Source: an uncultured Puniceicoccaceae bacterium (GTDB taxonomy: Bacteria > Verrucomicrobiota > Verrucomicrobiia > Opitutales > Oceanipulchritudinaceae). Taken from it: a stretch of 64,000 bases of DNA. Every line of letters starts with the position of its first letter. The first letter of the stretch is position 1. Of the stretch, positions 1-9,242 are shown piece by piece. The position numbers and the translations under genes were made by a program. Location of the stretch: contig CAWVVV010000005.1 in assembly GCA_963933835.1 (NCBI GenBank), forward strand, positions 32,001 through 96,000. The letters run 5' to 3'. The notes under the pieces were generated by a model. The model ran no database searches and was not told the DNA's origin. It saw only the letters and a list, made by a program, of their open reading frames with translations.

Positions 1-66
1 GAGCTTACAAACGTTCGACAAAATGTCCGATCGAACAAACCCATTGCTTGAAGTCGAGATCACTGA

Positions 67-753
67 ATGACTCGATTAAGAGCGCTCACTCACTTCCGCA
101 ACGAACTCGTGGCAAAACTAGAAATACAACATTGGGGGACCGTCCCCTACCCCGAAGCCCTCGAACGGCAGCGGGCACTCGTCGAGAAACGAAAATCCGG
201 CGTCATTCCCGACCAGCTCATCCTTCTTGAGCACCCCGCGGTCTACACCATCGGCGCACGCAAAGATGCCGAAAAACACCTTATCTGGAGCACGGTTAAG
301 GCAGCAGATAGTGGCATCGATATCGTTTCAACAAATCGTGGCGGTGACATTACATACCATGGTCCAGGGCAACTCGTCGTCTACCCAATCATCGATTTAT
401 CCGAGAAACGTGATCTCCACGCATATCTTCGCAATCTGGAGGAGGTTCTCATTCGTATCCTCGGGCGTTTCGATCTCGAAGGTGCGCGGCGCGAGGGGCT
501 AACCGGTATCTGGTGCGAGCATCGCAAGATTGCGGCCCTCGGCGTGGCGGTAAAGAGCTGGATCACCTACCACGGTTTTTCGCTCAACGTGGATCCTGAT
601 CTAAAGCATTTCTCAGGAATCGTTCCTTGTGGCATCGCAGAGGACGAGGGCACGGTCACATCGATGCGTGTGGAGCTGGCAGAAGCACCCGTCTGGCAAG
701 CCGTCGAAGCCGCTGTCGTCCAGTGTTTCATGGAGGTCTTTGAGTGCGGTTAA
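67..753 (+). CDS. lipB: Lipoyl(octanoyl) transferase LipB
   Basis: LEHPAVYTIG, RGGDITYHGPGQLV, RKIAALG, HGFSLN and IVPCG motifs; adjacent to lipA. The true start may be GTG at 109. Confidence 0.95.
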   Translation: MTRLRALTHFRNELVAKLEIQHWGTVPYPEALERQRALVEKRKSGVIPDQLILLEHPAVYTIGARKDAEKHLIWSTVKAADSGIDIVSTNRGGDITYHGPGQLVVYPIIDLSEKRDLHAYLRNLEEVLIRILGRFDLEGARREGLTGIWCEHRKIAALGVAVKSWITYHGFSLNVDPDLKHFSGIVPCGIAEDEGTVTSMRVELAEAPVWQAVEAAVVQCFMEVFECG

Positions 754-814
754 ACCTTCAGCTGAAGGCCATCCACACAAAGTTGTATCTCAGGGGTGAC
801 AAAGCGCCGCCCGT

Positions 815-1717
815 ATGCTCTTTTCGATGTTTATGAAGTCGCGTAAACCAGCATGGCTGAGAGCCAAATTACCCAGCAGCCCAGAGTTTAAGGCTGTTCT
901 CAACCTCGTTGAAGAGAGTCAGTTGCACACCGTTTGCCAAAGCGCCCGCTGCCCGAACATGGGCGAATGCTGGTCGCGACGAACCGCCACCCTGATGATT
1001 CTGGGTAACACCTGCACGCGCGCCTGCACCTTCTGTGCGATCACGACAGGACGTCCTTCGGAGCTTGATCTAGGCGAGCCCGCTCGCGTCGCAGTGGCGA
1101 TTCAGAAGATGAACTTGAAGCATGCGGTGCTCACTTCAGTTGCCCGCGACGATCTCAAAGACGGTGGTGCCAGTGTCTGGGCGGCAACGATTCGCGCGGT
1201 TAAATACAAGAATCCGGAAACTGCGGTCGAAGTCCTCATCCCGGACTTTCGCGGGCGAGAAGATCAGCTCGATGTCGTCCTCGATGCAAAGCCCGACATC
1301 CTAAATCACAACCTCGAGACCGTTCCCCGTCTCCAGCGCTCCGTCCGCAAAACAGCCTCTTGGGAAATTTCAACTAAGACTTTGACCCACGCCAAGTCCC
1401 GTGGATTTACGACCAAAACCGGCATCATGCTCGGCCTTGGCGAAGAGGAACGCGAAATCGAAGCGACCCTCCAGCACATGGCAGCGATCAAGATCGATAT
1501 TGTCACGATCGGCCAATACCTCGCGCCTTCAACCGAGCACCGCAAAGTGCACCGTTGGGTTACGCCCGAAGAATTCGATCACTGGAAGGCCTATGGGCTC
1601 GAGCTCGGTATTGGAGTGATCGAATCTGGACCACTCGTGCGCTCAAGCTATCACGCCGATGAGCAGAGCGCCCGCTTCGTGACGAGGGATAAAGACACGG
1701 CCGCGGTCAGCGCTTAG
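815..1717 (+). CDS. lipA: Lipoyl synthase LipA (radical SAM)
   Basis: CQSARCPNMGEC (CX4CX5C), CTRACTFC (CX3CX2C) and C-terminal RSSY. The start may be a few codons later (MKSRKPAWL). Confidence 0.96.
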   Translation: MLFSMFMKSRKPAWLRAKLPSSPEFKAVLNLVEESQLHTVCQSARCPNMGECWSRRTATLMILGNTCTRACTFCAITTGRPSELDLGEPARVAVAIQKMNLKHAVLTSVARDDLKDGGASVWAATIRAVKYKNPETAVEVLIPDFRGREDQLDVVLDAKPDILNHNLETVPRLQRSVRKTASWEISTKTLTHAKSRGFTTKTGIMLGLGEEEREIEATLQHMAAIKIDIVTIGQYLAPSTEHRKVHRWVTPEEFDHWKAYGLELGIGVIESGPLVRSSYHADEQSARFVTRDKDTAAVSA

Positions 1718-2130
1718 GGCAGAAAAACTTCGCTTACAGCATCCCAGTTCTCGGCCAAAACAAGAGCCCAGATCGTAATCACATTTAGGAGCGAGATAAA
1801 GACGGCCGCGCTCGCCATGTCTTTCGAACGCTTGGCGAAGGGGTGACTATCGAGCGATACATAGTCGACAACCCATTCGATTGCGCTGTTCAGCAGCTCT
1901 GTGATCAAGACGAGTAGAACGCTCCCGATCATCAGCGCCTTACCAAGTAATCCAACTGGTAGTAGGACTGCTGCTGGCAGCATGATAGCGGCTAGAAAAA
2001 CTTCAAAACGAAAGGCCGACTCGTGCTTCAAGGCCGAACCAAAGCCTTCAGCTGAGTAAATCACCGCGCGGACTAGGCGATTCAACCCGACCCGCTTCTG
2101 CGGGGTTGGAATTTCATCATTCTCTGCCAT
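1714..2130 (-). CDS. dgkA: Diacylglycerol kinase (DgkA family)
   Basis: HESAFRFE, ELLNSAIEWVVD and KRSKDMASAAV motifs; three hydrophobic segments. Confidence 0.92.
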   Translation of the reverse strand: MAENDEIPTPQKRVGLNRLVRAVIYSAEGFGSALKHESAFRFEVFLAAIMLPAAVLLPVGLLGKALMIGSVLLVLITELLNSAIEWVVDYVSLDSHPFAKRSKDMASAAVFISLLNVITIWALVLAENWDAVSEVFLP

Positions 2131-2985
2131 TAGAATCTATCTTTGGAAGTGAGTTGGGGAAATCAACGGTCCAAACTACAGGCCGATGATCTGAAGCAAT
2201 CCGCACCGCGGGCGAATCAAAAACAAAGCTTTCTTCAACCACAACGAGCGAGCGAGCTGCCGGCGAAGCCAAGATCATGTCGACGCGCGTGTAGCGATCT
2301 TGCTGCCCGTAGAAGTGCGTCCATTTATCACCGCGATCATCAGCGACGGGTATCAATTCTAACAGCGATTGACTATTCACCTGCCGGAAACGCCGCAGAG
2401 GCGCACTCCACGGCTCGTCATTAAAATCGCCGTCGCTTCAGCGGTTCGTCGACCGACAGATTCTGGGTCTTCCTTAAAATTCGTATAGCGGCTCTTAAGG
2501 TGAAGATTGAAAAGGCGCCAGGCACTCCCATCCGTCTCGAGCACGAGCTCCATCAGGCCGCGCTTAACCTCGGCTCGACCGTCGAGGTATTTGAAATCCG
2601 AGAGACGCTCCACATCACTCATCTTAAACGGAACACGGCTGAGCACCGCGAGATGACGATGCTCATCACTCGCCGACAGGACAGCTCGGAAATTGTAATC
2701 AAGACCCTCCACTTTCAAGTCTCGCTGCAATTCAAGAAGAAAGGGATCCGTGCCCATTTCCTGAAGTAAAACAATGTCCGCATCAATCGCTCTAAGGACT
2801 TCACGAACTGCAGCCTTTTCAGATTCCGGTTTGGGATAAGCCCTCCGATAAACACCCTCAACGACGCGGTCAGTGATGAGGTAATTCCGAACATTCTAAG
2901 AAACTACCTTCGACTTCGCGCTTCCATCTGCCAGCGCAACGAAGACTCCTAAAAGCACACTCCAGAACCACGAGCGCATCTCCAT
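2117..2985 (-). pseudogene. Endonuclease/exonuclease/phosphatase (EEP) family gene, disrupted
   Basis: Manual translation from ATG 2985 gives a signal-like N-terminus, then VVS*NVRNY (TAG 2896-2898), DIVLLQEM and NLHLKS. A frameshift near 2425 leads into GDFND...RVDMIL...ASDHRPV. All EEP motifs are present but broken. Confidence 0.85.
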
Positions 2986-4254
2986 TTATTTGGAGTAAGC
3001 GTTTAAGGCTGACTCACGCTCTAGCAATGTCGGGTGTGAGTAGTAGAAAGCACTGTAGTAAGGATGCGGCGTCAGATTGCTCAGGTTTTTTTCTGAAAGC
3101 GCCCTCAAGGCACCAATCATCGGTACTGCATCGCTATCCAATGCCTTGTAGGCAAAGTGGTCAGCTTCATACTCGTGTTTACGGGAAAGTCGATTGGTCA
3201 AAGGTGAAAGCCAAAAGGTCAGAAATCCGCTCAGCAAGCCAAAGAGAAGCAATGTCGGGCCAAGCTGTCCGGGTAACATTTCAAAACCGAAAGGAATCAC
3301 AAACCAGCTCGCTTGCGCCAGCCATCCAATAAAAGCGAAGCTTACAAAGAGAGATGCCGCAGCCAGAAGCATCGTCTTTGGAATATGACCCTTTTTGTAG
3401 TGACCGATTTCGTGCGCAAGGACTGCCTCGAGCTCCCTTTCTGAGAGCTGCTCGATCAATGTATCAAAAAGCACTATACGCCGAAAGCGCCCGAAGCCGG
3501 TGAAAAATGCATTCGAGTGTCCAGAGCGCTTACTGCCATCCATCACAAGGATGGTCTTCGCCAGGAAACCCGTCCGGTCACCCAAGCCAACTAGGCGCTC
3601 ACGCAGCCCACCTTCAGGAAGCTCTTCGAACTTATTGAACAACGGCATGATATACATCGGGTAGACGACGACCATGACGAGCTGGAAGGCAAAGAGGGTA
3701 ATGAATGCCCAGAGCCACCAGAGGGTACTCAAGCTCACTAACCAAAGCACCAGTGCGATGAGTGGGATCGCGATGAGCATCGAAAGCACCAGCCCTTTGA
3801 TTTTGTCCGTAAGCCAAAGCTGAACCGTGCTTTTGTTGAAGCCAAAGCGTTCCTCAAGACGGAACTGACCATACCATTCCCAGGGGATGCCTGGTAAGCT
3901 GAGGGCTATTCCGATCAAAAAGAGAATCGAGCTCTGCCCCCATACCCCTACTCCAAGCTGAGCTTCGAGCGCATTCCAAAGGTATACGATCGGCGCTGTG
4001 CCGCCTATCCAAGGAAAGAGCACAAGGAGAATGATGATCGCGTCATAAAGCATTTCGCAGCGACCCAAGCGGTTCTTCGCGAGCGTGTATTCGACGGACC
4101 GCGCATAGGTGGGCTCATCCATCACCCCTTGCAGGGGCTCGGGCACAGACGAGGCCGCGGCTTTCACCGACTTGGCGTTCATCAGGTCCAGCCAGTATTG
4201 GACACCGAGTTTTAAGAGGAGAAGGAGGACAAAGGTTATGAGGACAGGTTGCAT
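2986..4254 (-). CDS. M48 family (Ste24-like) membrane zinc metallopeptidase
   Basis: SKRSGHSNAFFTGFG, RIVLFDTL, AHEIGH (HExxH), EYEAD and YSHP motifs; multiple TM helices. Confidence 0.93.
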   Translation of the reverse strand: MQPVLITFVLLLLLKLGVQYWLDLMNAKSVKAAASSVPEPLQGVMDEPTYARSVEYTLAKNRLGRCEMLYDAIIILLVLFPWIGGTAPIVYLWNALEAQLGVGVWGQSSILFLIGIALSLPGIPWEWYGQFRLEERFGFNKSTVQLWLTDKIKGLVLSMLIAIPLIALVLWLVSLSTLWWLWAFITLFAFQLVMVVVYPMYIMPLFNKFEELPEGGLRERLVGLGDRTGFLAKTILVMDGSKRSGHSNAFFTGFGRFRRIVLFDTLIEQLSERELEAVLAHEIGHYKKGHIPKTMLLAAASLFVSFAFIGWLAQASWFVIPFGFEMLPGQLGPTLLLFGLLSGFLTFWLSPLTNRLSRKHEYEADHFAYKALDSDAVPMIGALRALSEKNLSNLTPHPYYSAFYYSHPTLLERESALNAYSK

Positions 4255-4300
4255 TGTTCAGAATCAATAAAAGTGACAAATCGCTCTCCGTCGAGCCAAC

Positions 4301-4466
4301 CATCGCATCTACCCGCTCATCTTACTTTTACTCTTAATCTGAATCCTAATCTTTCATCGCATCTTAACTCTAGGTGCATCCTCGGAGGGAAGCGTTGGAG
4401 GCAGAGGATTTAGATTAAGAGTAGGGTTAGGATTAGGATTAAGATTAAGAGTAGGATTCGGAGGAT
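4301..4466. repeat. Pair of inverted degenerate hexamer arrays (consensus CYTAMT / AKTARG)
   Basis: Left arm 4321-4350: cttact tttact cttaat ctgaat cctaat. Right arm 4408-4461: atttag attaag agtagg gttagg attagg attaag attaag agtagg attcgg. The left arm is flanked by the direct repeat CATCGCATCT (4301-4310, 4355-4364). Confidence 0.85.
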
Positions 4467-4474
4467 AAAAAAGA

Positions 4475-5413
4475 CTAACCTCTCGGGTGAGCTGCCTTGT
4501 GGGCGTCTTTCAGGCGACCGAGACCGACATGGGTGTAGACTTGCGTGGTGCTCAATTGACCGTGGCCGAGCAGCTCCTGAACGACCCTCAGGTCGGCGCC
4601 CGCATTCAGCAGATGCGTCGCGAAGCTATGCCGCAGTTTATGCGGGGTGAGGTCGAGCGGTAGACCTGCGAGCTCGAGGTAGACCTTCATTCTACGCTGC
4701 ACCCAATAGGCAGTGAGGGGGGCACTGCCGCTTAGGGTGAGCACCGGATCATTTCCTCCCGTCGCTTCAGCAAAGCTCCGGATGTAGTCCTTCAGCAGTT
4801 CCTTGGCGGTCTGCCCCATCGGCGCGAGACGCTCTTTGCCTCCTTTGCCATGAATCCGTAAGACGCCCTGACTTAGATCCACATGGCGATGTGTCAGGCC
4901 GACAAGCTCACTGATGCGCAGACCTGCCCCATAAAGGAGTTCAAAAATGAGCTGATCGCGAGCAGCCTCATGCGGCGTCAGCTCACCAGCTGCCAACTTT
5001 CGGCTCGGACCCTCCAAAAAGTGTTTTACCTGCTTTTCGGTAAGAAACTTTGGCAGCGGGGTTCGAAAAGCGGGGATCGCTATGCCACGGATCGGATTCG
5101 ATTCGACCAAGCCCTGTTTCAATAGGTAGCGATAGAACGACCGCAGGGCCGACATGTGAAGATGCAGCGTGCGGCGTGACTTGCCCGCCCGTTGGGCTTC
5201 AATAATGTAAGAACGCACCCAGACCGAAGGAATCACATCGAGCGCGCCATGCCACTGATCACTCGCTCGCAGACCCGAGAAAAAATCCCTCAGTGACTGC
5301 CCATAATTGCGCAAGGTGTAAGCCGAGTAGCGGCGCTCTTTTTCAAGAAAGGCTAGAAACCGCTCGACAAGAACGATCTCTGGTAAGGTGCGCTGCTCTT
5401 CGGCGTCGGCCAC
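4475..5413 (-). CDS. xerC: Tyrosine recombinase XerC-like
   Basis: GLRISE, GKGGKER, HKLRHSFATHLL, LGH and TTQVYTH catalytic motifs; N-terminal SAM-like domain (YSAYTLRNY); C-terminal AHPRG. XerC versus XerD is not certain. Confidence 0.85.
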   Translation of the reverse strand: MADAEEQRTLPEIVLVERFLAFLEKERRYSAYTLRNYGQSLRDFFSGLRASDQWHGALDVIPSVWVRSYIIEAQRAGKSRRTLHLHMSALRSFYRYLLKQGLVESNPIRGIAIPAFRTPLPKFLTEKQVKHFLEGPSRKLAAGELTPHEAARDQLIFELLYGAGLRISELVGLTHRHVDLSQGVLRIHGKGGKERLAPMGQTAKELLKDYIRSFAEATGGNDPVLTLSGSAPLTAYWVQRRMKVYLELAGLPLDLTPHKLRHSFATHLLNAGADLRVVQELLGHGQLSTTQVYTHVGLGRLKDAHKAAHPRG

Positions 5414-5958
5414 TAGCTGTCCAAGCCAAGAACTTTGCGGCCTTCATCAGAAATCATATGAGGCGTCCACTGAGGGTCCCACACGATATCGACCTCTGCG
5501 GAAGCGACCGAGGACATAGACTCGATCTTCGATTGAGCGTCACTTGCGATCGTCGGCCCCATGCCGCAACCAACCGCCGTCAGAGTCATTTTAACCGCGA
5601 CAGTGTATTGACCATTCTCCAACTCCGTCGCCTGCATGTCATAAACGAGCCCGAGGTCGACGATGTTGAGCGGTATCTCTGGATCGAAGCACTCGCGCAG
5701 GCGCGTCCAAACAAGATCATCAGAAAATGCTTCTTCAGGCGTTTCCGAGGTTTCCTCTTTCAACGAAGCCACAAAATCTGCACCGAGGGCGTCGAAGTGT
5801 TCCGGTGCGACGCGGAAGAGCCCATCCTCGCCACGCAAGGTGACAGAACCACCCAACGCCTGCATGATATCAAACTGGGCCCCTGCCGGCAAAACCACTG
5901 CATCTCCAGCGGGAATCAATACAGCTGGGCACTCCGTTTCTATGATAACTTCTTTCAT
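5413..5958 (-). CDS. sufT: DUF59/PaaD-like putative Fe-S assembly protein (SufT-type)
   Basis: FDPEIPLNIVDLGLVY, MTLTAVGCGMG and VWDPQW motifs, plus an N-terminal extension (QALGGSVT...LFRV). Confidence 0.8.
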   Translation of the reverse strand: MKEVIIETECPAVLIPAGDAVVLPAGAQFDIMQALGGSVTLRGEDGLFRVAPEHFDALGADFVASLKEETSETPEEAFSDDLVWTRLRECFDPEIPLNIVDLGLVYDMQATELENGQYTVAVKMTLTAVGCGMGPTIASDAQSKIESMSSVASAEVDIVWDPQWTPHMISDEGRKVLGLDS

Positions 5959-5968
5959 CGTTTCTAAA

Positions 5969-7792
5969 CTACCAAGAAATCCGACCAGGTAAATAGCTAT
6001 AAAGGTGACGTGGATCCGAAGACTCGCTCAAAAGCCTCCATTGCTCAAAAAGCGGCGCAGCTTCTTTCTCCAACGGACCAAGGCCGAGGCGTTCCGTTAA
6101 GCCAGTTTGAGCCGACCCGAAACTCTCCATTAGTATTTCTGTCATCGACTGTGGATACGGATATTCAGTGATGTCGAAGTCTGCTCCTAAAGCAGCTTCC
6201 TCCGCCGCGTAGGCAATCGCATCCTCCAATCCGCCAATATGATCGACGAGTCCGATCGTCTGGGCACGGACGCCGGTCCAAACGCGGCCCTGCGCGACCT
6301 CGTGCGCATCTTCGCGCGTCATATTTCGGCCATCTGATACCCGCGCCAAAAAGGTTTCATATGTAGTAGATATCCAATCCTGAAAAATCTCTATTTGCTC
6401 ATCGGATTTCTTTTCCATCACACTCCAAAGTGTCCCATGTCGATTCGTTTCCACGGTCTCGAATTGTATCGAGAGTTTATCCGTCATTCCCTCGAAACTG
6501 GGAATCATCGCTATAACACCGATCGATCCAGTCACGGTCGTCTCTTGAGCAAAAATCGAGCGTGCCTGCGCAGAAATGTAGTAACCACCGCTCGCGGCAT
6601 ATCCACCCATGGAAACAACGACGGGTTTAACTTCGTTCGCGAGCTCCACCTCCCGAGCAATCATTTCCGACGCCATTGCACTCCCTCCGGGCGAATTCAC
6701 GCGCAGGACAATCGCGTCGACCGAAGGATCCAAGCGGAGATCACGAAGCAGTCTCGCGTAAGTGTCGCCCCCGACAGAAAATTCATCCCCTTCCCCATCG
6801 ACGATTGTGCCCTCAGCATAGACAATAGCAATCGAATCACCGCCCGACATTCCACTGCTGCCAAACACCCCGCCATCGATTGACAAGACGTATTGAGACA
6901 AGGTGATTTGTTTAAAGGTATCATCTGCCTCATTTAAACCAGCCACTGTGATCAGGGTTTCCCGCATCTCATCGTAGTAGAGCAGCTCATCCACGAGCCC
7001 GATAGCTCGCACAGATTCAGCATCAATAAGGGGCCGAGCGTTTGCCATCGCGTCGAGGCCATCGAGGGAGAGATCTGTCTCGGCTGCCAAACCCTCGCGA
7101 ATCGTCAACCAGAGATCATCGAGCTCTGTTTCCAAGGCTTCACGAGCTTCCTCCGACATCGTTTCTCGGACGTATGTCTCTCCGAAGGACTTGTAATCAC
7201 CGGCGCGAATAATCTGCACCTCAACACCGATATTTTCTAGCGCCCCTCCCAGATAAGCCATCTGTGCAGCCAATCCTCGATAGTCCAAGGTACCAAAAGG
7301 ATCCATCCACCATTCCGAGGCAACGGACTTTAAATAAAATTCAGCCAGTCCATCGCTATGGGTGTAAGCGTAGATCTTTTTCCCAGCCGCCCGCACTTCT
7401 AGTAATTTCTCCCGCAACTCGGTCAGCGTTGCTAGACTGTTTGCCATCGAGCCGCCTCCAACAAATCCACCGGTTATAAAGACAGCTGAGATACGGCTAT
7501 CTGACTTCGCGCTCTCCAGCGCAGTTATGACGTCAGAAAGCGACATCCTCGGGACACTGCCACCACCCAGCTCAGCAAGTAGCTCCTCCACTGGATCGAC
7601 AACGGCCGGACGATCATAAATCTCCATACCCAAGTCGACAACGAGGACGCCCTCCACTGGGGCTGAGCTCCCTTGCCCATCCATCAGACTGCTCAAACCG
7701 AGCAAAAAGATAAGGCCCAACAACATGAACAGACCAGTGGCAAAAAACATGACCAATAGCTGCCTGAGGACAGAACGGATAAACCTAAGCAT
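5969..7792 (-). CDS. sppA: Signal peptide peptidase SppA (protease IV, long form)
   Basis: RAGDYKSFGE, LRVNSPGGS, AASGGYY, TGSIGV and AQGRVWTG motifs; tandem S49 domains. Confidence 0.93.
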   Translation of the reverse strand: MLRFIRSVLRQLLVMFFATGLFMLLGLIFLLGLSSLMDGQGSSAPVEGVLVVDLGMEIYDRPAVVDPVEELLAELGGGSVPRMSLSDVITALESAKSDSRISAVFITGGFVGGGSMANSLATLTELREKLLEVRAAGKKIYAYTHSDGLAEFYLKSVASEWWMDPFGTLDYRGLAAQMAYLGGALENIGVEVQIIRAGDYKSFGETYVRETMSEEAREALETELDDLWLTIREGLAAETDLSLDGLDAMANARPLIDAESVRAIGLVDELLYYDEMRETLITVAGLNEADDTFKQITLSQYVLSIDGGVFGSSGMSGGDSIAIVYAEGTIVDGEGDEFSVGGDTYARLLRDLRLDPSVDAIVLRVNSPGGSAMASEMIAREVELANEVKPVVVSMGGYAASGGYYISAQARSIFAQETTVTGSIGVIAMIPSFEGMTDKLSIQFETVETNRHGTLWSVMEKKSDEQIEIFQDWISTTYETFLARVSDGRNMTREDAHEVAQGRVWTGVRAQTIGLVDHIGGLEDAIAYAAEEAALGADFDITEYPYPQSMTEILMESFGSAQTGLTERLGLGPLEKEAAPLFEQWRLLSESSDPRHLYSYLPGRISW

Positions 7793-7870
7793 ACTACGAA
7801 GGTGTATCCAGCTTCGCTAGATCCTCAAGAGCCAATCGATATTCGATCGAAATGCCGATCGAAGCGAAAA

Positions 7871-9220
7871 CTACTGTGCTACACCCCAGCGGTGACTGAA
7901 TGGGTAGTAAATCACGACTGCTTTACCGACGATCGTTCCTTCAGGGACGACTCCCCAACTGCGACTGTCGCCACTGTTGTCTGAGTTATCGCCAAGAGCC
8001 CAGTATTCGCCTTCGCCAAGGGTCCTCGGCTGGAGCAATGCGTAGCGCCCGCGCCCTGTACCATAGCCCTCGTATTCGCCTTCAAAGGCGTTGTTCAGTT
8101 CAAAACCAACCGAACCCGTAGCCAAGTCTCCATTACGGTAGAACTTGCCACCGCGCACGCCGTTACCACCGACAATTTGGAGGACATCGCCCGGTTCACC
8201 ACCGATACGCTTAATGTAATATTTTCCGCGCTCGCCTGCCGTCATCGTCCGAATATCTGTCGTATCGAAAACAAAAGGTTCGCCCGCTTTCGGAGCCCTG
8301 AAGTGATAGCTGAGGCGATCCACAAAGAGCATATCGCCCGACTTGATATCGAAACTCAGGGCGACTTTTCCACTTTCCGGAATTGTAATTCCGGTGCGAA
8401 GAACGGCGGGATATCCAAAGCGATTACGCTCGATGCGTGCATTGTCACCCGCTGCTTCGAGGATTTTCAGCACGACGTCCTGCATCGCGAAGTCGTAGGG
8501 CACCTTCACGGTCTGAACTTCGTCTCCGACAATGAATTGGTAAAACGCCGCAGGTCCCGGCAATACGAGAAAGCGCATCCGTTGGGCATTGCGTGAGGGC
8601 TGCTCTGCAAGGTCATAACCCGCCATGACAGAATTCTCCAGCTCCTGCTGGGAGTCATAGCGCAGCTGCCCACGACGACTGTATTTGCGGTTATTCAGGC
8701 TGGTCGAAGTAACCAATGGAAGGATCAGCTCGTCGCCCGGCTCACCCTTGAAAGTCTTATGCCCCGCGCCCAGTTGGGCGATGCGGAAGATCCGTTCAGC
8801 CACGTTCGGGCGTTCGTCGCCGAAGTAGACGTCCGACGTCATCCCATTGTAGGTGGGATACATCGAGTTGGTCGGAATCTTAAAGGGCTGGAGAAAAAAG
8901 GTGCGAATCCCGATCACCACAATCGCCGCAACCACGATCAGGTCGACATACTCAGTGATCTGCGAACGAGGGTAAAACTCCCCTCCTGTGCGGCGCAAAA
9001 TCGCTTCGAGTTTCTCGACCGCGCCACTCAACGCTTTCACCGCAGTATCCTTCTGCTTAGTCAGTGCCTTGAGTTCGGCAGTCGCTGCACGCAGCTCGGC
9101 CAGCTCTTCTTCAGTAAGGACATCTCGGCGGAAGTGATCGACCTTGCGGGCGAGTTGAAGCCACTCTTTGGCTTGCTTACGTGCCTTGGCACTTTTGCGG
9201 CGGAAAATCGATTCGAGCAT
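7871..9220 (-). CDS. lepB: Signal peptidase I, long form
   Basis: PFKIPTNSMYPT (catalytic Ser), YIKRI (Lys) and LGDNSDNSGDSRSWG; directly downstream of lepA. Start taken at MLESIF (9220); the ORF track extends to 9277. Confidence 0.9.
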   Translation of the reverse strand: MLESIFRRKSAKARKQAKEWLQLARKVDHFRRDVLTEEELAELRAATAELKALTKQKDTAVKALSGAVEKLEAILRRTGGEFYPRSQITEYVDLIVVAAIVVIGIRTFFLQPFKIPTNSMYPTYNGMTSDVYFGDERPNVAERIFRIAQLGAGHKTFKGEPGDELILPLVTSTSLNNRKYSRRGQLRYDSQQELENSVMAGYDLAEQPSRNAQRMRFLVLPGPAAFYQFIVGDEVQTVKVPYDFAMQDVVLKILEAAGDNARIERNRFGYPAVLRTGITIPESGKVALSFDIKSGDMLFVDRLSYHFRAPKAGEPFVFDTTDIRTMTAGERGKYYIKRIGGEPGDVLQIVGGNGVRGGKFYRNGDLATGSVGFELNNAFEGEYEGYGTGRGRYALLQPRTLGEGEYWALGDNSDNSGDSRSWGVVPEGTIVGKAVVIYYPFSHRWGVAQ

Positions 9221-9242
9221 GTCCGTGAGAGGGAAAGGTGTT

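Noticed and set aside
1..44. Possible start of a divergent minus-strand gene (MGLFDRTFCRTFVS...)
   Set aside because: Only 14 codons are visible at the window edge, so it cannot be supported.
4420..4437. Telomere-like GGGTTAGG within the hexamer array
   Set aside because: Only one such unit, part of a degenerate array; no evidence of eukaryotic sequence.
4301..4466. CRISPR array or IS ends
   Set aside because: Units are 6 bp with no spacers, and there is no cas or transposase gene in the window.
4475..5413. Integrase marking a prophage or island
   Set aside because: It has XerC-type size and motifs, overlaps a housekeeping gene, and has no cargo or tRNA att site.
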